A model generated the notes under the pieces. That model was not told the origin of the DNA and did not search any database. It saw only the letters and a list, made by a program, of their open reading frames with translations. From contig NC_059438.1 of NCBI RefSeq assembly GCF_021028975.2, forward strand, positions 26,412,001 to 26,476,000: a DNA stretch of 64,000 bases. The letters are read 5' to 3'. This document shows positions 1-11,052 of this stretch, one piece after another. The position numbers and the translations under genes are program-made. The stretch is from Sphaerodactylus townsendi. Taxonomy: Eukaryota. Position 1 is the first letter of the stretch; each line of letters opens with the position of its first letter.

Positions 1-1327
1 AAGATTAAAATGAGGACCTCCTCCTTTGCTCTCGGGCAGCATCATAAAAGAGGGCGCGTCTTCATTGCATCCCGGTCCTCAAGGATCTCATTCAGTAGTA
101 CAAAATGCAAAAGTCACTAGAAATAATTCCGAGGATATTTCATAATCCTGCAAAAGGGAGGAAAACCTTTATAACACGTTCTTGTCTAGCCATCCTCTGA
201 TACAGAGGAAGGCCTCTTCAAGGTCCAGTGAGACCCTCAGCTGGGGGAGTTGCAATTTCCCTCCATCATAGTACTAACTGCAACACGGTTTCTTTTATTC
301 TACTAGGTAGTTAAATCCATTGCAACTCTTATTGTGGGGTTGGCTGTGGAATGCTTTAGAGATATTGCTGAACTTTTTGGCTGAAACAGTGTCCCGTGGT
401 AGGGAATTCCATAGGCTGCCTTTTTGGCAGGCTGCCTGTGAGTTGTGTTTCCATGGATAGCTGAGAGGTTTCTTATCCTTAAGTACGAGAACTTTGGCTC
501 AGGGATTTGGCAGCAAACCAGGAAGTTGCCCGTTCACGGTGCATCTCTGGCCCGGAGATACACAGTGGCCTACGGCAAGTCGCTTCCTTCAGCCTCAGTC
601 CCCATCTGCAGTATGCAGGTAATAACAGTGGGTCTAATTCATAGGGTTGCTGTGGGAAGAACTGAGATAATGCATCTTGTCTTGTATCATGCCCATGGCA
701 GCGAAGCATCTGACGCCGATAGGCTAGCCTCCTGGGGTCCCTTGAGCAGTGCTCGGTTTCGGAGAAGGGGGGCTGAACCATTTGCAAGTTCAGCTCCTGC
801 ATGAAAAAGAAAAATTTTGGAATGAAAGCTTCACAGAGGAGCCGGATGAAGCCTGAGAAAGAATCCTGGGATGTAAGAAAGCAAAAGGACAGGGAACACA
901 GACCCTAGCTAGAATAGAAGAGACACGGGGAGGTCCGTAAATTGATTTCCTGAGTATTTTTAATTGGGATTAAATTAATCCCAGTGATGTAGGAGAAGTT
1001 GAATCAGGGCTCCAGAGGAAAGAGTGTTTACCTCTTCCCTTTGTACCATGTCCCCCTAGAGTTGCTGATGTTCCTTCGGGTGAAAATGTGCAGGTACTGT
1101 AAAAGCGACATAGGTATTTGCCCCCAACAGGTAAATAGCTTTGATGGGGGTGTTTGTGGCTGGCAAAGCAATACACAGGGAAAGATCAACAGAAACCGCT
1201 CCTGTGCTTCCCGGCCTCGATCCAGATTCCCTCCTTCACCCCACCAGCCCTTTCACAGTAAAAAGCGTTGGGAAGATTTATTCCCCAGCTCCCCCAGCTA
1301 CCCATCAGCTTTTGTCCCAAAGAGCCA

Positions 1328-1616
1328 AGAAGAAGAGTTGGATTTATATCCCCCCTTTCTCTCCTGTAAGGAAATTCAAAGGGGCTTACAAACTCCTTTC
1401 CCTTCCCCCCTCACAACAAACATCCTGTGGGGTAGGTGAGAAAGCTCCAAAGACCTGTGACTAGCCCAAGGTCACCCAGTTGGTGTGTGTTGGAGTTCAC
1501 AGGCTAATCTGAATTCCCCAGATAAGCCTCCACAGCTCAAACGGCAGAAGGGGAATCAAACCCGGTTCCTCCAGATTAGAGTACACCTGCTCTTAAACAC
1601 TATGCCGCTGCTGCTC
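1328..1616 (-). mobile_element. tRNA-derived CORE-SINE (Squam3/MIR-like)
   Basis: Reverse complement of the 2648-2937 copy; MIR-type core (ctgggtgaccttgggctagtcac) and (TCT)n tail. Confidence 0.88.
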
Positions 1617-1982
1617 TACAGTAGGGTCCAGAGCAAGGAAGAGTCCCCAAGACGATGGAATTAAGTGTAAATCTACAAAAAGTTACGCTTTTCTAAGCCA
1701 CTATATTTAGAAGAGTGTAGCTGTGTTTAGGATTGCAGTGTTGGTGTGTTATTTGGCTCTTGAAGGCAAACTGAGAGTGAGTTGCTAAGATGTGGAAGGA
1801 GTTCTTCCTTTGTTTATCCTTCTTGATAGGGGGGAAAGAAAAGATACCCTGCTGTGCCAGATTCTCCTCCTCCCACAAGTCTGGTTTGCAAAAGAGTACA
1901 GGAGAACTCAAAAACGCACATCCTTCTGTTGTGTGTGCTTGTGCGTCACTCATTCTGTTGAAGCCGGTGAGTGAATGGCTTA

Positions 1983-2122
1983 GGCCCCTTCCACACATGC
2001 ACAATAATGCACTTCCAATCTACTTTGCAGCTGGATTTTACTGCACGGAATAGCAAAATCCACTTGCAAACAATTGTGAAAGTGGATTGAAAGTGCATCA
2101 TTCTGCATGTGCGGAAGAGGCC
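1983..2122. mobile_element. PIF/Harbinger-type MITE, 140 bp
   Basis: TIRs GGCCCCTTCCACACATGCA / TGCATGTGCGGAAGAGGCC with TTA on both sides (1980-1982, 2123-2125). Related copies at 59255-59392 and 33727-33801 (partial). Confidence 0.85.
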
Positions 2123-2125
2123 TTA

Positions 2126-2503
2126 GTAGCGGGACATCTGTTTTGCATGCAGAAAGCCCCAAATCCAATCTCCAATTGAAAGGCTTAGCTTGTAGGTCAT
2201 GGGGAAGATCTCGACCCAAGACCCTGTAGTGTTGCTGCCCAGTCAAAGTAAACAGCACTGGCCTTGACTGACAAAAACTCAGTAGAAGGCATCCTAAAGA
2301 AGAGGTTGTGGCTCATGGGTAGAGCCTCCGCTTTGTATGCAGAAGGCTGCAGGTTCTATCCCCAGCGTGCTCACTTAAACAGGCCAAGTAGTAGGTGATG
2401 TGGAAGACCTGAGGTGCTGGAGATCCACTGCCGGTCAGAGTAGGCAATATTGACCTTGATGCACCAGGAGTCTGAATCTGCACAGGGCAGCCTTGTGTGT
2501 TCA
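2126..2503 (+). mobile_element. Two tandem tRNA(Ala-like)-derived SINEs
   Basis: Head gtggctcatgggtagagcctccgctttgtatgcagaagg...ggttctatccc and a shared body (gtaggtgatgtggaagacc...gagtaggcaatattgaccttgatg). Other copies at about 24075-24250, 27846-28050 (+) and 30555-30670, 39895-40065 (-). Confidence 0.75.
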
Positions 2504-2647
2504 GTGAGGTTGCTAGATGGCATGCGGCACATGGCTCCTGTCTTTTTATAGCCGTGCAAAAGAGGGAAGCCCTCTCATTGTGACAGGACGAGTGCCGCTT
2601 GCAGTAATTCCCTCTTTGCAGATGACCTGCACTTTGTCACCTTCTTT

Positions 2648-2937
2648 GAGCAGCTGTGGCGTAGTGGTTAAGAGCAGGTGTGCTCTAATCTGAAGGGACC
2701 GGGTTTGATTCCCCGCTCTGCCGCCTGAGCTGTGGAGCTTATCTGGGTTTAGCCTGCACACTCCAACACACACCAGCTGGGTGACCTTGGGCTAGTCACA
2801 GTTCTTTGGAGCTCTCTCAGCCCCACCCACCTCACAGGGTGTTTGTTGTGAGGTGGGAAGGGAAAGGAGTTTGTAAGCCCCTTTGAATCTCCTGTAGGAG
2901 AGAAAGGAGGGATATAAATCCAACTCTTCTTCTTCTT
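2648..2937 (+). mobile_element. tRNA-derived CORE-SINE (Squam3/MIR-like), full length
   Basis: A box TGGCGTAGTGG, B-box-like GGTTTGATTCCC, MIR core, ends GGGATATAAATCCAACTCTTCTTCTTC. Confidence 0.9.
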
Positions 2938-3021
2938 TTCTGGCACCTGCCAGGGCGCGTGACTCTCGCGCCACTTCTTCCACAGCCCAGTTCTCTTTGT
3001 GTGGCGCCATTTTCTTTTTAT

Positions 3022-3228
3022 ACCTGGATAGGCTGGGCTAGCCCCATCTCATCAGATTTGGGAAGCCAAGTAGGATCAGCTCTGGTTAGTACTAGGATGC
3101 GAGATCGTCAAGGAAGCTGAGGATCATGACACCGAGGCAGGCAATGGCAATCAACCCCTGATTGTCTCTTGCCATGAAGCCCCCATAATGGGTTGCCGTA
3201 AATCAGCTATGACTTAATGGCAAAAAAA
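3022..3228 (+). mobile_element. 5S rRNA-derived SINE with BovB/Sauria-like tail
   Basis: gccccatctcatcagatttgggaagccaagtaggatcagctctggttagtactaggatgcgagatcg aligns to the 5S rRNA internal promoter region; tail gggttgccgtaaatcagctatgacttaatggca. Other copies at about 21722-21880, 28345-28535 (+) and 27680-27815, 60190-60362 (-). Confidence 0.8.
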
Positions 3229-3301
3229 GGAAGAGTAATAGAACAGACACAAAAGGTCCTGCAAAATTACCAACATGATACAGCTTGGCAAATTGAGGCT
3301 T

Positions 3302-3718
3302 CAGATTTCAGAAACCTTTAATAGGCATTAGGGAAAAAAGCCCCACCAAAATGGTTAAAACTAAATAAGGTTACAGTTAAAAGAACATTATTACAAGGCA
3401 TGCAAAACACTTATTAAAAATGTGGCTACAGCTTCGGATATTATTACTTCTACCTCAGGATTGTTATTCCATAGTAACTTAATCATTTTTATTTTGTCTG
3501 GAAGAGACGCAAATCCTGTAGGAAATAATGCAACCAGGTCTGATCTAAGATTATTATGTTTAGGGCAGTGAAGCAAGACATGAGCAAGCGAGTCTGGTAT
3601 ATGGAGGCAGAACAGGCATCGTCGCTCAAGATGAGTGGTATTAGAAAAACGACCTTGGAGTAAAGATGCGGGAAAGGAGTTACATCTTGCTCTGGTCATA
3701 AGCCATCTAAGTTAGATG
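3302..3718 (-). mobile_element. 5'-truncated LINE (RTE-X-like), C-terminal CCHC region
   Basis: ORF 3391-3699(-) has RARCNSFP..GRF..ERRCLFC...LAHVLLHCP. 3' end taatgcctattaaagg plus short-repeat tail. Degenerate 15-bp TSD ggcaaattgaggctt (3287-3301) / ggcaaatcgaggatt (3719-3733). Confidence 0.8.
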
Positions 3719-3873
3719 GGCAAATCGAGGATTTTAGCACAGTTGACTCTTTGGGGTTTGGGTACCTGTTGCCTCAGGCTGAATGTAGGTCAGCAGGAAC
3801 GACAGACATTTGACCGAGGCCCGTAAGCATTCCTAAGCCGTTTTTCTTTCTCCCGTTTTATTTTTTATGGAAG

Positions 3874-4179
3874 GACTTCAACCTTTTATATGAAGAAGCC
3901 AGGTACTACCAGCTGCAGCCGATGATCAAGGAGCTGGAACGGTGGAAACAAGAGAAGGAGCAAAGGAAGCATTTTCAGCCATGTGACTGCTTGGTTGTGA
4001 GAGTGACGCCGGATCTTGGGGAGAGGATCGCGTTGAGCGGGGAGAAGGCGCTCATCGAAGAGGTCTTCCCGGAGACCGGAGACGTGATGTGCAATTCCGT
4101 CAACGCTGGCTGGAACCAGGACCCCACCCACGTCATTAGATTCCCTTTGAATGGATACTGTCGGTTGAATTCTGTACAG
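3874..4179 (+). CDS. KCTD15: KCTD15 penultimate coding exon (end of BTB domain and most of the C-terminal domain)
   Basis: Pyrimidine tract then aag|GAC acceptor and CAG|gtaacg donor; 306 nt, phase 0-0. Translates [102 protein letters not shown]. Residues [21 protein letters not shown] and WNQDPTH match KCTD15 rather than its paralogue KCTD1. Upstream exons lie outside the window. Confidence 0.97.
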
Positions 4180-4678
4180 GTAACGGGGCGCTTTTTAAAT
4201 TATTATTCCCAAGCATTTATGACTCGCTTTTATGTCATGTTCAGTTGTATGCAAATGAGTCCCTTCTGCCCAATTACCTCTGTCTGGTGCTTAAACTGCA
4301 AGGAGACATTTTCTGCCTAGTGAAATGGCAGTATGGGGGGTGGGGAGATATTTTTCCCTTCACTCAGAGCAGAGGGGAAAAAATACATTCAGATTTTGTG
4401 TATGTTAGCGCCATGCTGATCTCATAATGTTGTTAGGCTGACAAATGCTAATTTTTTTCATCAACGCCATACCCCGCAGCTCTTCGTTCCCTCTAAATTG
4501 CCCCTAGGAAGAAAAAGAGCAGAAAAACTACAAAAAAAAAGCACCCGTCTCTATGCCACTTTATAGAAAATGCAACAATGTGTAAATGCATAATTTATGT
4601 CCCACTCATAATTAAATGATAGAGCCTGCGGGTTGGACTTTAAAAAAAATGATCTCTGCACTTTTTTTTTTCCAAGAG

Positions 4679-4690
4679 GATGTTCTATAA
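4679..4690 (+). CDS. KCTD15: Candidate alternative terminal exon of KCTD15 (codes DVL-stop; short isoform)
   Basis: Long T tract then ccaagag|GAT GTT CTA TAA, in frame with the phase-0 donor at 4179. I recall a human short KCTD15 isoform ending ...VQDVL (unverified). ATTAAA at 4804-4809. Confidence 0.65.
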   Translation, partial: DVL

Positions 4691-5330
4691 AAATTGCCCA
4701 GAGTATTTTAAACAAAAATGTGTTCCACTTTATACTCAAAGGGGTTTTGTGGGGGTTTGGCAGGGCTTGGTTTGGTCTCTCTCTCTTTTTTTTAAGCTTT
4801 AAAATTAAACATGTGAAACGAAGGAAGATAACCAGGCAGAGATGAGATGTGGGAAGGAGCAAGAGATGTCTGTTTGCCCTTTGGGGAAAACTCTGGCTCC
4901 AAACGAGTTTTCCCACAAGAGAGAGAGCCCTGGAGGGTGACCCCACAGAAGGCCTTGGTGCTGAGCTGTCTGGGCTGCCGTTCACTAATTAGTGGGGCCA
5001 AAGCAACCTGGTTTCTTGTCACGTGGGAAGGGTAGCTGTAAGTATGGTTGCGAGGGGCTGCCCACCTTGGGTCATGTGACGGAGGCAGCGGGGAAACTCA
5101 CCTCTCAGGAACCAGGAGGTGAAAATCTTTGCTAGAATGATTGACGGAGTCTCGAGTTAGCAAACCAGAGTTAGAGGGGAGTGAGCAGCCAAAGAAGCAA
5201 GTAAAGCTTTTTTTTTTGGGGGGGGGGGGGGGGGCCTACTTGGCAGTTCTCTGTAATTCAAGCTCACATCCAGCATATTTAGGTAGATGGTTGGGTCAGG
5301 TGACTGAATCATGAAGTCCATCCCTTTATA

Positions 5331-5755
5331 TCAAGGGGCCCTAATGTGGTGCCAATGGATGCAGTGGTTCCCGCTGACAGCTTTCCTGATGGCTTCCAGG
5401 TATTTTAGAAAGTGGGCCTCGCAGGCTTCTGATTGGCCACTGGAGATCTCACTGCGTGCGCAGATTCAAAAGAAACCATTGCTTTTGGCAGCTGCCATCG
5501 CAGCACAATTATCTGCACTGTGTGACTGAAGGGAGTATGCAAAAAAAAGCTTTGAACCATTCCTTCATTTTAAAAGGCATCCTGTTAAACAGAGCTTCTG
5601 CCCAGTGGAAGAGTTACCATTAGAGTGACGCATGACCTCACTTCCGGAGATCATACAGTTGACCGCCTCTTGTGGCAGCCATTTTGTGGTTGTGCTCACC
5701 TTGCAGTGTCAGAATTCCAAAGGTGCCCAGAGACACAAAATGTTGAGATACCTGA
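5331..5755 (+). mobile_element. Non-autonomous DNA-transposon-like repeat with GCCATTTTG core
   Basis: Shared block ggcagccattttgtgg...aattccaaaggtgccca also at about 15395-15485, 17180-17290 and 25830-25945. Termini eroded. Confidence 0.6.
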
Positions 5756-6417
5756 TTTTCATCAAGAATACTTTTCAGATGTTAACAATTATTCATTACC
5801 AAGAGGCTCGTAACTGTGCCTAATGGGAGCAGAGCACGCACTGCCTCCAAGCTTCCCGATAAATGCGATCGCCATTTTGTAGAACAGGAATAACTGGCAG
5901 ATTAACCATCCATGTGCGTGACCACTTGTTCCTCTCTTGAATCTACGACTGACCAGTGTGACACCTAATAAACCAACTTCCTGATCATAGGTCACGTCAT
6001 GACTGAAATCGGTCTGCCTCCCACTCTGCTGCCCTCAATGAAACCCCATATCTGTCCCCCGAGGCTGTGTGGTGGATCGAGCACCTACTAGCTGCCACTT
6101 CCTGTCCTGAAACTGTTGGCGGCTCTGACGGTTCTAGACGAACTGGAAGTCTTCTCTCACGCACCTGTGGAAGTTGAGAGGACGATCTCCAGGGAATAGA
6201 ACATAGGTCGTAAAACTTGAATGCTTTAGAGCCAACGTTTAAGTACTTCCTAGTCAAATCATTAGTCCCCATTGAAGTGAACTGAGTTTCTAAAATCCAT
6301 CCCAAAGTTTCTTGAGATGAGAAGGTGTGCTAGGTAAGGTTTTTGCCCATGGGGACTGGTTGAGATGTTTCGGGTTTCTGAATTACCAGTTGTTTCTGTC
6401 AGGGGTCTGTGTAGAAC

Positions 6418-6724
6418 TAGAAGAAGAGGAGTTTGGATTTATACCCTGATTTTCTCAACTGTAAGGAGTCTCTCAAAGCGACTTACAAACTCCTTTTCTT
6501 TCTCTCCCCGCAACAGACATCTGATGAGGTAGGTGGGGCTGAGAGAGTTCTGAGAGAACTGTGACTGGCCCAAAGTCACCCAGCAGGCTCATTGTGTTGG
6601 AGTGGGGAAACAAATCCAGCCTGCCAGATTAGAATCCGCCACACGTGTGCAGGCGTGGGGAATCAAACCCGGTTCTGCAGGTTAGAGTCCGCCTGTTTCT
6701 AACCACTACACTACGCTGGCTCTC
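6418..6724 (-). mobile_element. Squam3-like SINE
   Basis: Same family as 2648-2937, reverse orientation, different subfamily. Confidence 0.85.
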
Positions 6725-7695
6725 CCTATCCTAACAGGACAGGTGTTGAGGAAACCTCCCCCCACCCCAAACAAAATAATTTTGCTCTCTGTGGTTGGAC
6801 TTCACAGGTCCATTCCAACATTGGGTGCACTTTACTCCAATGGCGGACACCTTCCTCAGGGAATACTCTTTTCGCTAACCAAAGTACCTCAGCTAGTGGA
6901 ATCATCCTGCTGGATCCAAGCAGGGCATGACGGAGTGTGAAACAGGGCATGGCAAGTTGGACCAGGACACCTAGGCTCAAATTCCTGCTCCTCAACTGTG
7001 ATTCTCATTAGCTGTCTAATCCTCAGCAAGGTTACACCCTTCTAAGCCTATGGACTTCTCTGGGCTCTGCGTAGGGTGACAGAGTCAGTGACGCCACAAG
7101 ATAGTGAACAGTTATCTCTCAAGATAATCCACCCACGGGCTTCTTGACAGCATAAAATGGGACGATCCCATGGATGTTACTCACAGTCTCTTGAAAGGCA
7201 AGGTACAGATGTCGCCAAGAAGAAAAGCCTAATATTTCCTGCCCATTTCATGTATCTGTCTCCAGGATCTAAAGCAGTGAAGAAGCTGTAAGTTTTTACA
7301 CTGCTCAAATCATGTTATTAAGACCATGTTTGTTAATTGCACTGAAAAATGTAAAAGAAATTCATCCCAGATAAAAGGTTGTGTTCCTGGTTGGAGGACT
7401 TGCCCTATCAATTAATGAGCTAGTGCTTTTGTACAGAATGCAAGGGAAATTAGGAGGTACGCCAGAGTTGTACAGCTGAATATTGTCTGGGGAATCTTTT
7501 GCAAAAGGGAAATAATCACAGGAATTCTTTGTTCAGTGTTCACCCAATATTTTCAGTGTTAGAATCTCTCTCCTGTGGCCAGATTCCATCTGTGCAGCTT
7601 TGTACGGAAGCAGACCTAGGGACCAAATCTGAATGTGCCTTTTGTTCCTCTGTGTACGGCAGGGTGCGTTCAAACAAACCTGCATGAATCTTCCC

Positions 7696-8484
7696 TGTTA
7701 CACAAACCCGTATGCAATGTTTCTGAAGCCTACATTCTCTCCTCCCAACTGGAGTGAATGTTGTTCTTGTGGTTGCCATGGGAGTAGGGCAGAGTAATGG
7801 ACGGCCGAGAGGCAGGAGGTCGTCACTTTGTAGAAGAGCCAGATTCTGGCAGCCTAGAAGTAGAGACCACTCAAGGCATGACAACACTCTTCTGGATTGG
7901 GAGCATTGGGCTGTAGGCAGCCCCCGGCCTGGGAACCAAAGCATGGCAGAAGAGGCAGGGATCTGCAACCTGCGGCTCTCCAGATGTTCATGGACTACAA
8001 TTCCCATCAGCCAATTGGCCATGCTGGTAGGGGCTGATGGGATTTGTAGTTCAAGAACATCTGGAGAGCCGCAGGTTGCAGACAGAGGATTGTTCAGTAT
8101 TGAAAGGGCACTAAGAGAGAAGTAGAAGAGAGACAAAATCTGGAAACAGGTAAGCAGTTTAGCTTGGGGAGACCTGCAGTCAACGTCAGGAGTAGTCAAA
8201 TACAATAGCAAGTTCGTCCAGGTATAACAGGCCTGTTTCAGGTGGATCTAAGTCCGGAGACTCAGCAGAGGAGCAAGAAGTAGGAAGCCCAGAAATCCAG
8301 GTAATACAAACCTTTGAGCTCAAGACTGGGTGGATCCAAAGGATCCAGACCTGATACAGGAGTCTTTATAGGCAGGCTGAGAGGAACTAGTGAGTTTCTG
8401 GGAAGAGACTGTCGCTCAGTTGCTGCACAGCTTCATCATCACCAGCACCAAAATAGATGGCGGTTCCCTCGTCAAAGCCTGACA
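7696..8484. mobile_element. Candidate solo LTR (Gypsy-like)
   Basis: TGTTA...TGACA termini, flanks ttccc/ttcac (4 of 5 match), and a TATA-like tttatag on the opposite strand. Contains the MITE at 7956-8082. Confidence 0.45.
7956..8082. mobile_element. Palindromic hAT MITE (right end truncated)
   Basis: Near-perfect hairpin, same family as 35633-35775. Confidence 0.85.
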
Positions 8485-8625
8485 TTCACAGAACAATGAG
8501 GAAGATCCTGCAAATGGCCGCCGGCTACACTTTCCCATCCTCCTTGGGGGCGGTAATGTTAAAGTTACCCATCCCAGTTATACATAGGGATGCTGCAAAT
8601 GTTGCATCAAACACATTCAGCAAAT

Positions 8626-8805
8626 TAAGAACATAAGAACAAGCCTGCTGGATCAGACCAGAGTCCATCTAGTCCAGCACTCTGCTACTCACAGTGGCCC
8701 AGCAGGTGCCTTTGGGAGCTCACATGCAGGATGTGAAAGCAATGGCCTTCTGCCGCTGCTGCTCCTCCTCCAAAGCACCTGGTCTGCTAAGGCATTCCCA
8801 ATCTG
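8626..8805 (-). mobile_element. CR1 3' end or CR1-tailed SINE
   Basis: taagaacataagaac tail and gctggatcagaccagagtccatctagtccagc stem; inverted copy at 14962-15142. Confidence 0.8.
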
Positions 8806-9470
8806 TCTCCATTAATTCCATTAAAATTAATTCTGACTGTGTAATACAATAATAAGAGAGGGGCCGAAAGGGTTCATTGGATCTTTCAGGTGTGGGACGC
8901 AAAACTCCTGCCAGTCATCATTGCACTGGACTTTTGTGAAACCACACATGCGCAGTAAGGCTGCAGATCCAAACAAGTTGGCAGTTATTAGTGTTGCTCA
9001 GGTCCACTCAGGTGCATACCAACAGGTAAGATTTTCTTTAGAAATGCAGCATTTGTATATTTGATTTGCAACTGATTTGATGGTTTAAACAGTTGTCTGC
9101 TGAGCAGAGCGGCAAATATTGGAGGTGAGGTAAAATTGGGCTGTGTAAGAATGTGCGTGCGTGAACAGATGATTGCATGGTACTGTGATGTTAGACAGGA
9201 ATAAAGTGAAGCAACCTCCCCAGCAGCCACAGGTCAATGAACACTTGGCCAACAACTCTGTTTTTGCAACTGGCAAACAGGATGTGAGCCAAGCCATTGG
9301 ATATTCAACTATTTATCATTCCTGGAGGAAACTGTGTGCCCAGTGCATCCAGTGGGAAGTTAGCAGCTACCCAAATCTACTTACCTCTACCGAGTATCTT
9401 TGTGATGCCAAAACTTCTGTTGCAATAACACATCGAGGACACTGAGCAAAGCAGACAAACCAGGCAGAAT

Positions 9471-9541
9471 TGTGTGTTCCTGCATTGCAGGGGGTTAGAC
9501 TTGATGGCCCTTGGGGTCTCTTCCAACTCTGTGATTCTGTG
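9471..9541 (+). mobile_element. CR1 LINE extreme 3' end
   Basis: gcagggggttagacttgatggccc...ttccaactctgtgattctgtga, the canonical CR1 terminus with ATTCTGTG-type octamer. Confidence 0.85.
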
Positions 9542-9714
9542 AAAAAATGTCTTCCCATCCTTGGCCACCAGCAGGGAGATTAATTAAGGATGAGGAGGTT
9601 GGGGAAGGGGAAAGGGTGTCCCTTTTCAAAGACCTTTCCCTGAAGAGGAGAGACCGGAGCGAAACAATCACCTCTGATGAACATTCAGTTGCACCCCATC
9701 CTCTAGACCTAAAG

Positions 9715-9833
9715 CACAAGTGTCGAACTCGCGGCCCTCCAAATGTTATGGACCACAGTTCCCATCATCCCCTGCCAGCATGATGGGAGCTGTAGTCCAT
9801 AACATCTGGAGGGCCAAGACTTCAACACCTATG
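9715..9833. mobile_element. Palindromic hAT MITE
   Basis: Hairpin; 8-bp TSD acctaaag/acctagag. Confidence 0.85.
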
Positions 9834-10749
9834 ACCTAGAGTGATGTTCGCCCTTAAGGGGAGGAGCATGCTGCTGTGATTGACACAGCTGTCGCTGAGC
9901 AACCACACCCATCAACAGCCCCGGCTCCAGGTCTTGACTTCCTGTCCCTCCTCCAGTGTAAACACAAACAGCTTCCCACGCTAGGCTTGGCTGCCTTCTC
10001 CTCTGCTACCCAGTTCCAGTGCCAGCTGGGCAGGGTGCCACTGTAGGATTGATTCAGCGTTGGAAAAATTGATGAGTCCTGGTTTCCTTTTTGCCTTTTT
10101 TCTTCCCTTTTTTCTTTGCCTTTTTTCTTCCCTGGTGATCGCCTGCAGCCAAGTCCTTCAAGCACATTTGTAGCTCAATGAAATGCTTTGTTCTGCATGC
10201 CAGGCTTTAAAAAGATCCTGTCTGCCTGGCTTGTGTGTTTTTATATTGCTGGCTCAGTTGAAGAAAAAGGCCTACTGCGAACCCCAGCCTCCCTCTCTTT
10301 GCTTGGGGACTCCGTTCGGCGCTTGTTTTCTGCTTCCTCGAGAAAGCGATGCCTCGCTTGAAACGTTGGAATGGCACATTGTTCAGCAGTGTAGTTACAG
10401 ACGGGCTGAGAGATCATGGCAAACGTGAAAGAAGGCAGAGTCACCCCTGAGCAGTTCTGTTGATGTGATTGCGATTTTCAAATACCTGAAAGGCTGGAAG
10501 GGAACAAAGATGCAATTTCTGCTGGTCCAGAGGGCAAGACTAGGGGCTAAAGTACACATTCGTTTTTTAAAACAAGTTGGGCCCGGGTTCTCTTGACCCC
10601 GCGTGGTTACCTGCAGCCACACAGCAGCTGTGAGAAATGGCTTTTTTTAAAAAAACAGCATGCCCAAATGGGCTTGGAACAGGACAAGAAAGGATCCCAC
10701 GCCACCTGTGCCCCCGGAGCTGATTCTTTGCACCAACCTGTGCTGGGAA

Positions 10750-11052
10750 GGAGAAGAAGAGTTGGATTTATATCCCCCCCACTTTCTCTCCCTTAAGGAG
10801 ACTTAAAGGGGTTTACAATCTCCTTCCCCTTCCCCCCTCACAACAAACACTCTGTGAGGTAGGTTGGGCTGAGAGAGCTCCAAAGAACTGTGACTAGCCC
10901 AAGGTCACCCAGCTGGTGCATGTGGCAGTGCACAGGCTAATCTGAATTCCCCCAGATAAGCCTCCGCAGCTCAAGCGGCAGAGAGGGGAATCAAACCCGG
11001 TTCCTCCAGATTAGGGTACACCTGCTCTTAACCACTTCAGCACTGCTGCTCC
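10750..11052 (-). mobile_element. Squam3-like SINE
   Basis: Closely similar to 1328-1616 and to the reverse complement of 2648-2937. Confidence 0.9.

Noticed and set aside
3022-3120. 5S rRNA gene, and tRNA genes at SINE heads such as 2302 and 2648
   Set aside because: Diverged, incomplete and fused to SINE bodies and tails; they are retroposon heads.
4180-4320. Extension of ORF 3922-4320 ([11 protein letters not shown]...) past the KCTD15 exon
   Set aside because: Read-through beyond a canonical CAG|GTAACG donor; homology stops exactly at the donor. Only intron retention would express it.
7540-8211. 223-aa minus-strand ORF
   Set aside because: Runs across a palindromic MITE and an LTR-like repeat; no recognisable domain.
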